The translations under genes and the position numbers were made by a program. Positions 1 to 6,739 of a stretch of DNA of 12,087 nt are shown here, piece by piece. Below the pieces are notes generated by a model. It saw only the letters and a program-made list of their open reading frames with translations, made no database searches and was not told the DNA's origin. Source of the DNA: Deltaproteobacteria bacterium (GTDB lineage Bacteria > Myxococcota_A > UBA9160 > SMWR01); the NCBI GenBank assembly GCA_032128375.1, contig JAQBGU010000157.1, forward strand, positions 1 to 12,087, in the 5' to 3' direction. Within the stretch, counting starts at the first letter, position 1. Each line of letters opens with the position of its first letter.

Positions 1-183
1 TGCGTCGACGCTGCCGATGCCGAATACCCCGGTTTTCGCGAGCTGATCTTCGACGCGAAGGGTGAGCTCCGGCGCTTCGTGCGCGTGGCCGTCAACGGGG
101 AAGTGGTCGGAAACGGTGCGGCCGATGTTCGGCTCGCGGCAGAAGACCGCGTCCAGATCTTGGCATCCGCTGCCGGCGGATAG
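1..183 (+). CDS. moaD: MoaD/ThiS-family ubiquitin-like sulfur carrier protein (5'-truncated by window edge)
   Basis: Frame 1 reads CVDAADAEYPGFRELIFDAKGELRRFVRVAVNGEVVGNGAADVRLAAEDRVQILASAAGG* (TAG 181-183). The C-terminal di-glycine, the YPG...ELRRFVRVAVNG pattern and the position directly upstream of an AOR gene fit MoaD/ThiS. Not in the ORF track because the start lies outside the window. Confidence 0.9.
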   Translation, partial: CVDAADAEYPGFRELIFDAKGELRRFVRVAVNGEVVGNGAADVRLAAEDRVQILASAAGG

Positions 184-205
184 CCGATCCGAGGAGGTAC
201 GAGCG

Positions 206-1942
206 ATGGCAGGACCCAGTGGAGACCGCCTGATCCGGGTCGACATGACCGCGCGCACGGCCGTAATCGAGCCCTACCCGGAAGATTGGAGGCTCCTCGG
301 CGGACGCGCTCTGTCGGCGCGGATCCTCATCGAGGAGTGCGATCCGGGTTGCGATCCGCTGGGCGCCGACAACGTTTTGGTGCTCGCACCCGGCGTGCTG
401 TCTGGAACCTCCGCACCCACCTCAGGGCGTCTGTCGGTCGGCGGCAAGAGCCCATTGACTGGTGGCATCAAAGAATCGAATGTCGGCGGCAACCCGGGCC
501 AGGACCTGATGAAGCTCGGCTACCGCGCCATCGTGGTGAAGGGAAAGCCCGCGGACCCCGAGGCCCGCTACGCGCTCGACGTGACCGCGGACTCGGTCCG
601 ACTGCTTCGGGCCGACGAGCACAAGGGCAAGTGGAACTACCGACTCATCGACGACCTCGCGAAGAGCTACTCCCGGTCCGCGTCGTTCATCTCCATCGGG
701 CCCGCGGGAGAGATGCAGCTCAAGGGCGCGTCGGTAGCCTGCACGGATTCAGAGCAGGAACGCCATCCCGCGCGCCACGCCGGCCGCGGTGGTCTCGGCG
801 CAGTGATGGGCAGCAAGGGTCTCAAGTACGTCGCGATCGACGCAGAGCGTCGCCCGGTTCGGCGGCCGGCAAAGCCCAAGGAGTTCGCCGCGCTCGGCAA
901 GAAGTACACGAAGACCTACCTGGCCGGCCCGGCCAAGCAACCGTTCCCGAAATGGGGAACCAGTGCGGGCGTCACTGAGGCGAACGCGATCTACACGTTT
1001 CCGTATCGCAACCGGGTGGAAGGCCGTTCGCCCGACGTCGAGACCTTGGACGGAATGCGCATCGTCGAGAGCTTCGAAACACGCGGCGGAGGCATGCACA
1101 ACTGCATGACCGGCTGCATCGTGCGGTGCAGCAACATCGTTCACGATGCCGACGGCAACTACAAAACCTCCGCGCTCGAGTTCGAAACGTTGACGCTGCT
1201 CGGATCGAATTGCGGAATCGCGAGCTGGGAGGACGTGGCCGATCTCGATCGCCTATGCGACGAGATCGGGGTCGATACGATCGAGACGGGTGCCGCGATC
1301 GCGGTGTACATGGACTCTGGCGGTATGGAGTTCGGCGATTCGGAGGGTGCCAAGCGCATCTTGCACGAGATCGCCGCGGGCACCGAACTCGGCCGCGCCA
1401 TAGGCGACGGTGTGGTGGCGATCGGCCGGTCGCGCAAGCACCACCGCGTTCCGGCCGTCAAGGGCCAAGCGATCCCGGCCTGGGATCCGCGTCCGTTGAA
1501 GGCAGCCGGGGTTACCTACTGCACCAGCCCCATGGGAGCGGACCATACGGCCGGGCTCGTCGTGAAACCGGGCCAGCCATACGAGGAGGCGGTGCGCGAC
1601 TCCCAGGAATCCCAGATCCTCAATGCGGTCTGCGACTCGTCGGGTTTCTGCCAGTTCCTGATGCCGAACCTCGACGAGATTCGCGAGTTCTACGGCCTGC
1701 TCTACGATGAGGAGGTCACACGCGAGCGGATCGCCGACTACGGCTGGCGGTGCCTCGAGGACGAGTGGAAATTCAACCGCCTCGCCGGTTTCGGCAGCGC
1801 CGACGATCTCATGCCGGACTGCATGAAGCAGGATCCGATCGGCCCCGCCCGTTTGGTCTGGGATGTGGACCCGGAGTTGGTAGCTCGCGCCTACCAGCGA
1901 TTCGAGCCGCGCGACGAGCTCTTCGAGGCGCGACCCAGCTGA
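206..1942 (+). CDS. aor: Aldehyde:ferredoxin oxidoreductase family (W-bis-pterin/4Fe-4S) catalytic subunit, 578 aa
   Basis: AOR-family motifs: GGKSPLTGGIKESNVGG, SIGPAGE, GRGGLGAVMGSKGLK, CMTGCIVRC, EFET, LCDEIGVDTI, GADH, DSSGFC. Start moved from 62 to ATG 206 because GAGGAGG (191-197) is 8 nt upstream and the longer frame overlaps the MoaD gene. Confidence 0.95.
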   Translation: MAGPSGDRLIRVDMTARTAVIEPYPEDWRLLGGRALSARILIEECDPGCDPLGADNVLVLAPGVLSGTSAPTSGRLSVGGKSPLTGGIKESNVGGNPGQDLMKLGYRAIVVKGKPADPEARYALDVTADSVRLLRADEHKGKWNYRLIDDLAKSYSRSASFISIGPAGEMQLKGASVACTDSEQERHPARHAGRGGLGAVMGSKGLKYVAIDAERRPVRRPAKPKEFAALGKKYTKTYLAGPAKQPFPKWGTSAGVTEANAIYTFPYRNRVEGRSPDVETLDGMRIVESFETRGGGMHNCMTGCIVRCSNIVHDADGNYKTSALEFETLTLLGSNCGIASWEDVADLDRLCDEIGVDTIETGAAIAVYMDSGGMEFGDSEGAKRILHEIAAGTELGRAIGDGVVAIGRSRKHHRVPAVKGQAIPAWDPRPLKAAGVTYCTSPMGADHTAGLVVKPGQPYEEAVRDSQESQILNAVCDSSGFCQFLMPNLDEIREFYGLLYDEEVTRERIADYGWRCLEDEWKFNRLAGFGSADDLMPDCMKQDPIGPARLVWDVDPELVARAYQRFEPRDELFEARPS

Positions 1943-2261
1943 CGGGGCTCGGGGTAAGCGGCCTCAATATCTGCAGTTTCGGGTCTCTCGCCCGATCATC
2001 GACAATCGGCCTTGATACGATCGCGACGATTGATGCGCGGCCTAATGCCCGACGCGTGACGCGCGGTCGGATGGGAAGCGACCCAGGCGGTCCGACGTTC
2101 TCGACGACAACTCTGACACCAGGAGCCACGTTGCAATCACCGAGCCGCAAATCAGCCAGCTGTTGAAACGTGCGGCGGACGATGGGGCGATCAGGGGAAC
2201 GGGAGGATATGCTCAGAAACCATCACATCATCAGCTGGCGTGGCCCGATTGAGGTATCCCA

Positions 2262-3008
2262 ATGATCCAAGACTACCCTGTCTCAGAACGGCCTACCTGG
2301 CGTCCGATCGCGCAGGAGGTTCTCGGCTTCGCGGCGGCGGCTGTGCTGTATCCGTTTGGCATGATGCGGTCGCAGCGTCGCACCCGTCGGCAACCGCTTC
2401 AGCGGACGGTCGTGCTCGTGCACGGCTACCTGGCCAACAGGTCCACCTTGTTCCCGCTGGCCGCGTACCTTCGACTCCAGGGCATCGAACAGGTGCTTTC
2501 CTTCAATTACGACTCGGGCGCCGGCGTCGATCAGGCCGCGCAGGCGTTGCGCGAATACTTGCGCAGACACGTCCGGGGTGGCCGCATCGATCTCGTTTGT
2601 CACAGCCTTGGCGGACTGGTCGCTCGCGTTTACATTCAAGAACTCGGCGGTTCGCGCCGGGTCGATCGCTGTGTCACGTTGGGAACGCCACATCAGGGCA
2701 CCTACGGATCCTATTGGCTCTGGTCGCGCGTGGGTCGAGAGCTTCGCCCTGATTCTTCTTTGCTGACTCGGTTGCAGAGATCACGTGGCAACGCCCCCGG
2801 CGTCCGCTTCGTTTCGTTGATCGCAGGCTCCGACAACCTCGTTTTTCCTCGGGTGTTTGCAGGTCATGACGAAGAAATTCACCTCGGCGATCTCGGGCAC
2901 GTTTCGATGCTCTTCTCGCCGAGAGTGCTGCGCGTTGTCGCAGAGATTCTGAGGGAGTCGACTGTTCCGACTCGAGAGGCGGAGCCAACCCTTGTGTGCG
3001 CCCTCTGA
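2262..3008 (+). CDS. Alpha/beta-fold hydrolase (lipase/esterase family), 248 aa
   Basis: Oxyanion motif VVLVHGY, nucleophile elbow CHSLGG, TLGTPHQG, candidate Asp (GSDNLV) and His (GHVSML) of the catalytic triad; GAGGT at 2251-2255 before the ATG. Confidence 0.9.
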   Translation: MIQDYPVSERPTWRPIAQEVLGFAAAAVLYPFGMMRSQRRTRRQPLQRTVVLVHGYLANRSTLFPLAAYLRLQGIEQVLSFNYDSGAGVDQAAQALREYLRRHVRGGRIDLVCHSLGGLVARVYIQELGGSRRVDRCVTLGTPHQGTYGSYWLWSRVGRELRPDSSLLTRLQRSRGNAPGVRFVSLIAGSDNLVFPRVFAGHDEEIHLGDLGHVSMLFSPRVLRVVAEILRESTVPTREAEPTLVCAL

Positions 3009-3078
3009 CAACGCGCAGTAGCTGACCATCGATCCGATTCGCTCCCGAGCTCCATGGTTCGACAGGGGAGGGTAAACC

Positions 3079-3510
3079 GTGACCCGAGTGATCGCAGGCA
3101 GCTGTCTGTGCGGAGCGATCGGCTACGAGATGCTTCAGCAGCCACAGTGGGCCCATTACTGCCACTGCCAGCGCTGTCGCAAGTCCGGAGGCAGTGCGTT
3201 TGCTGCGAACATATTCGTGCCTCTCGACGCGTTTCGGTACACGCGAGGCGAAGACAATCTCGCATCGTACAAACCACCAGACGCCGAGCGATTCACTCAC
3301 GTCTTTTGCCAGGTGTGCGGCTCGAGCCTTCCGTTCCTGAATGTGGCCCGAGGCCTCGCGGTGGTCCCGATGGGCAGCCTCGACGACGATCCAGATCACC
3401 CGCCGGACGCGCACATCTTCGTCGCTTCGAAAGCAGCCTGGTTTGCGATTACTGATTCACTTCCGCAGCATTCGTCACAGCGCGAGGACCGATCGAGTAC
3501 ATCCAAATGA
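3079..3510 (+). CDS. GFA (glutathione-dependent formaldehyde-activating enzyme)/CENP-V family Zn-binding protein, 143 aa
   Basis: GSCLCGAI, CHCQRCRK, FCQVCGS and HIFVASKAAWF are family hallmarks. GTG start with AGGGGAGGG (3064-3072) upstream. Confidence 0.93.
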   Translation: MTRVIAGSCLCGAIGYEMLQQPQWAHYCHCQRCRKSGGSAFAANIFVPLDAFRYTRGEDNLASYKPPDAERFTHVFCQVCGSSLPFLNVARGLAVVPMGSLDDDPDHPPDAHIFVASKAAWFAITDSLPQHSSQREDRSSTSK

Positions 3511-3827
3511 AATACCTCGAAGCCCAAGCCGGAGACCCGTTCGACCCAACAGCACTCCTGACCCGCTGCATCGAGGCAGACACGGAATTTCTTCTGCTCG
3601 ACGAAGCCGTGATTCCCGCTGACTTTTTCGATTTGAGTAGCGGCCTCGCGGGCGAGCTGCTCCACAAGCTCACGACCTATCGGGTTCGTCTCGCCGGCGT
3701 AATCCCCGACCCGTCCATTTACCCGGCTCGCTTCCAGGATTTCGTTCGCGAGGCCAACCGCGGTTCCGAGTATCGGTTCTTTTCTACCCGCCAGGCGGCC
3801 ATAGACTGGTTCGAGTCGGCTGATTGA
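3507..3827 (+). CDS. DUF4180 domain-containing protein, 106 aa
   Basis: DFFDLSSGLAGELLHKLTTYRVRLAGV...FQDFVREANRG matches the DUF4180 pattern (FFdLsTglAGeilqKf.nY...l.dFi.EsNrG). ATGA overlap with the GFA stop codon. Confidence 0.88.
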   Translation: MKYLEAQAGDPFDPTALLTRCIEADTEFLLLDEAVIPADFFDLSSGLAGELLHKLTTYRVRLAGVIPDPSIYPARFQDFVREANRGSEYRFFSTRQAAIDWFESAD

Positions 3828-4674
3828 CTCCCCGGCCGCAGGAACGGGGCGTGCAGTACCTCGAAGAGGTCGACTATCGCGATCCACATTTCGGCGACTT
3901 CTACGACGAGCTGCCGCTATGGTCGGCGCCCTTCGGGCTGCGTTTGCTCGACCGCGTTCCGATGCGGCCACACCTGACGATTCTCGATGTTGGGGCCGGC
4001 ACTGGCTTCTTGACGGTCGAACTAGCACAGCGCTGCGGTGCTGAATCGAGAGTCATCGCAGTCGATCCGTGGACTGCGGGTACGAACCGACTTCGCAAGA
4101 AGCTCGAGCGACTGGAGCTGAGCAACGTTGTGTTGCTGGAGCAGGCAGCAGAAAATTTGGCGCTTCCCGATGCGTCAGTCGATCTCATCGTGTCGAACCT
4201 TGGAATCAACAATTTCCAGAATGTCGATTCGGTCCTGCGAACACTGTTCGCGTAGCGAAACCCAACACGAGTTTTTTCTTCACGACGAATCTCGAAGGTC
4301 ATATGGCCGAGTTCTACGACGTGTTTCGGGAAAGCCTGATCGAAGTGGGGCAAGCCGACCGGCTCGACGGATTCGACGACCATGTCCGCCACCGCGGGAC
4401 CGTTGATTCGGCAAGGGAAATGCTTCTGAAAGCGGGCTTCGCAGCCGTCGACACAGAAACGGACAGCTTTCGAATCCGCTTTGCGGATGGGAGTGCAATG
4501 CTTCGCCACCACTTCATCCGGCTGGGTTTTGTGCAGGAGTGGAAATCCCTCGTCGCAGCCGAGCTGCTCGAAACGACGTTCGAGACCCTCGAGCGCAAGC
4601 TCAACACAGTCGCTACGCGACATGGTGAGTTGGTGCTGACGGTTCCGATGGCATTGATAGAAGCACGCAAGTAG
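3824..4674 (+). pseudogene. Class I SAM-dependent methyltransferase interrupted by a single -1 frameshift at about 4249 (pseudogene or assembly indel)
   Basis: ORF 3824-4255 carries motif I (ILDVGAGTG), VIAVDPW and LPDASVDLIVSN, then stops at VLRTLFA*. The overlapping frame continues RVAKPNTSFFFTTN...PMALIEARK* (stop 4672-4674), giving the expected post-motif L...RV.KP junction if one base is restored in CTG TTC GCG TAG. Start is TTG 3824 (overlapping the DUF4180 stop) or GTG 3851. Confidence 0.88.
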
Positions 4675-4733
4675 GTGTGCGCGGATCCAAACTTCGCCTT
4701 TACCTTAGTAGCGTGTAGCGTGCGAATTTCCTG

Positions 4734-4751
4734 GCGAGGGTGCACCCTCGC
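4734..4751. promoter_or_regulatory. Perfect 18-bp palindrome GCGAGGGTGCACCCTCGC, candidate operator or RNA hairpin
   Basis: The sequence is its own reverse complement with no spacer and ends 10 nt before the GGGAGGAG RBS (4762-4769) of the GNAT gene. The palindrome is certain; the regulatory role is inferred. Confidence 0.5.
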
Positions 4752-4774
4752 GAATCGGGGCGGGAGGAGTCCGC

Positions 4775-5245
4775 GTGAAGATTCGAGTGGCCGAAGCATC
4801 AGACGTCGAACTCATGGTCCGCTTATCGGAAGTATTTCGGGAATCGCTCACCACGTACTCCCCGATCTTCTGGCGCATGGCGGACGATTCTCTCGAGAAG
4901 CAATCCGCCTGGTTTCGGATCCTTCTCGCCTCGCCGAGCGTCATTGCCCTCGTCGCGGAGGCTGACTCCTCGCTGTCGGGTTTTCTGATCGCCAGCGTGC
5001 AGCAGGCCCCGCCCGTCTACGCGCCGGGCGGACCCGTGTGTCAGATCGATGACTACTGCATCGCCCCCGATGCCCAGTGGTCTGGCGTCGGCTCCGAGCT
5101 GCTCGAAGCCGTCGAGGCGAAGGCGCGTGACCGCGGTGCAGTCCTCTCGGTTGTCATATGCCCGCATCTGGCCGCCGAGAAAAGGGGCTTCCTCGCGAAG
5201 CGCGGCTTCGAGGTCACAGCGGAGTGGCACGTTCGGAAACTATGA
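4775..5245 (+). CDS. GNAT family N-acetyltransferase, 156 aa
   Basis: N-terminal IRVAEASD, ALVAEAD..LSGF beta strands, IDDYCIAP..QWSGVGSELL (acetyl-CoA-binding QxxGxG), C-terminal FLAKRGF. GTG start with strong RBS GGGAGGAG at 4762-4769. Confidence 0.92.
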   Translation: MKIRVAEASDVELMVRLSEVFRESLTTYSPIFWRMADDSLEKQSAWFRILLASPSVIALVAEADSSLSGFLIASVQQAPPVYAPGGPVCQIDDYCIAPDAQWSGVGSELLEAVEAKARDRGAVLSVVICPHLAAEKRGFLAKRGFEVTAEWHVRKL

Positions 5246-5365
5246 AAGGACGACGTCGTTTTGCGGCGTTCGAGCAGGGGGTATTGTCTCGCCTTCGAGG
5301 TCGCGGGCGGACTCACTCCATCGAGAGCAACCCCGCCCAAAGACGCAGGATAGGGTCGTCGTGCT

Positions 5366-5641
5366 GTGCAGTTTGCGAAGAAGCTCCGCCCGCGTGTACG
5401 CAGCGGAGAGATCACCTGCAGTGTGAGAATCTGGAAGCAACCCCGTGTGAAGGTCGGGGGCTTGTACCCGCTTTCGCCCGGCGAAATCGAGGTGATATCG
5501 ATCCAGGTGATGAACCGCGGCGACATCACACTCGAGCTGGCCCGCCGCTCCGGCTTCGAGAGCATTTCGGACCTGATGGAGATCGCGCAACACGGCAGCG
5601 GTGAGAACGTCTTTCTCGTCGAGTTCGTGTATCACGACTAG
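5366..5641 (+). CDS. ASCH (PUA-like fold) domain protein, 91 aa
   Basis: F....RVRSGEITCSVRIWKQPRVKVGG, DITLELARRSGFESISDL and terminal VFLVEF follow the ASCH layout (GxKxxTxR...VG...IT..dA..dGF.s..el...v..IeF). GTG start with purine-rich AGGATAGGG upstream. Confidence 0.8.
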   Translation: MQFAKKLRPRVRSGEITCSVRIWKQPRVKVGGLYPLSPGEIEVISIQVMNRGDITLELARRSGFESISDLMEIAQHGSGENVFLVEFVYHD

Positions 5642-5697
5642 GCGGTTGACACGAGACGGGTCAACCGAAGATCGGGCGAAGCGAGATCGCAACCCGT

Positions 5698-5738
5698 TGC
5701 GCGCCGGCCGCTGCGCGGCGAAAGCTTCTTCGTCGCCG
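5698..5738 (+). repeat. Left arm of a 41-bp inverted repeat flanking the PhyH gene
   Basis: TGCGCGccgGCCGCTGCGCGGCGAAAGCTTCttCGTCGcCG; 35/41 identical to the reverse complement of 6699-6739, with an uninterrupted 22-bp core at 5707-5728. Confidence 0.9.
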
Positions 5739-5798
5739 ATCCAGCTTGGATCGGGCTCGGACTCGCGGCTAGACTGGTTCCCCGAAGAGGTGACCCAA

Positions 5799-6653
5799 AT
5801 GACACAGAGCGTACCCCGACTGCATTCCGCCGATTCGATCGAATCCATCGTTTCCGCGTTGGTCGAAGCTGGAGCCGTGATCGGCGAGGGACTGCTGTCC
5901 GACGACATCGTCAGCCGCTTCAACGCGGAGATCGACGATTGTCTGGCGGCGGCGGAACCCGATCGCCAGCTCGTCAACCCGTTGATCGGCGCCTTCTTCG
6001 GCGCGCAGACGCGACACATTACCGGCGTCGCCGCCAAGTCCCGGATCTTTTGCGAAGAAGTGCTGTGTGACCCCGTGTTGCTCGGAATCTGCGACGCGAT
6101 ATTGCTGCCGTCGTGCGCGCGCTACCAACTCAACATTGCTCACGTGCTCGATCGAGGGCCAGGCTCCCCGCAGCAGTTCTTGCACCGCGATGAGCTGGTT
6201 TGGTCGCACTTACCACGGCCGCACGCCGAGGTGCAGGTTGCATCGGTGATCGCGCTCGAAGAGTTCTCGGCCAGTAACGGTGCGACACGCGTCGTGCCCG
6301 GCAGCCATCGCTGGCCACTCGAACGCCAGGCCCAAGCCAGCGAACTGGTAGCGGCAGAAATGAAGGCCGGCGCGGCGATCATCTACCTGGGCTCCACGAT
6401 CCACGGTGGCGGACCGAATACGACTGTCGATCGCCGCCGGCGTGGCATGCACCTGAGCTATACGCTCGGCTGGCTGCGCACCGAAGAAAACCATTATCTG
6501 TCGACACCACTGGATGTTGCCCGGACGCTTTCGCGTCAAGCGCAAGAGTTGCTCGGGTATGCGGCCCACGACGCGGTCGCGACCGGCGGCGGCTACCTGG
6601 GTACGGTCGATACCCGCGATCCAGTGGAGATGCTCGAGTCCGGCGAGATCTGA
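5799..6653 (+). CDS. Phytanoyl-CoA dioxygenase (PhyH) family 2-oxoglutarate/Fe(II) oxygenase, 284 aa
   Basis: Facial triad QFLHRD ... IHGGG, plus ALEEFSASNGATRVVPGSH, RRRGM and GWLRTEEN. Start set at ATG 5799 after GAAGAGGTG (5784-5792); the extension to 5601 in the ORF track overlaps the ASCH gene and the repeat. Confidence 0.93.
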   Translation: MTQSVPRLHSADSIESIVSALVEAGAVIGEGLLSDDIVSRFNAEIDDCLAAAEPDRQLVNPLIGAFFGAQTRHITGVAAKSRIFCEEVLCDPVLLGICDAILLPSCARYQLNIAHVLDRGPGSPQQFLHRDELVWSHLPRPHAEVQVASVIALEEFSASNGATRVVPGSHRWPLERQAQASELVAAEMKAGAAIIYLGSTIHGGGPNTTVDRRRRGMHLSYTLGWLRTEENHYLSTPLDVARTLSRQAQELLGYAAHDAVATGGGYLGTVDTRDPVEMLESGEI

Positions 6654-6698
6654 GGTTTCTCGACCGACGGCCGCAGCCAGGAATTTGACTGGGTCAGA

Positions 6699-6739
6699 CG
6701 ACGACGTGGAAGCTTTCGCCGCGCAGCGGCGAACGCGCA
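6699..6739 (-). repeat. Right arm of the 41-bp inverted repeat flanking the PhyH gene
   Basis: Core GAAGCTTTCGCCGCGCAGCGGC (6709-6730) is the exact reverse complement of 5707-5728; flanks CGaCGACG and CGCGCA also match. Confidence 0.9.

Noticed and set aside
62..205. N-terminal extension of AOR in the ORF track (start at 62)
   Set aside because: It overlaps the MoaD-like gene in another frame, and the strong RBS points to ATG 206.
1809..2150. Minus-strand ORF with faint FeoA-like wording (RLGDCNVAPGVRVVV)
   Set aside because: It overlaps the AOR 3' end, has no RBS, and the resemblance does not extend further.
3010..3025. AACGCGCAG-TAG after the hydrolase stop, similar to 6732-6744
   Set aside because: A 9-bp match without the repeat core; not distinguishable from chance.
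2262..5641. Integron cassette array (small co-oriented GFA, DUF4180, MTase, GNAT and ASCH genes)
   Set aside because: No RYYYAAC...GTTRRRY attC structures were found in the spacers, three genes overlap directly, and no integrase is present.
5643..5667. Intrinsic terminator or sigma70 promoter after ASCH
   Set aside because: The hairpin has no U-tract and TTGACA has no properly spaced -10; kept only as part of the structured-spacer finding.
5601..5798. 66-codon N-terminal extension of PhyH
   Set aside because: It overlaps the ASCH gene and runs through hairpin and repeat sequence; the RBS supports ATG 5799.
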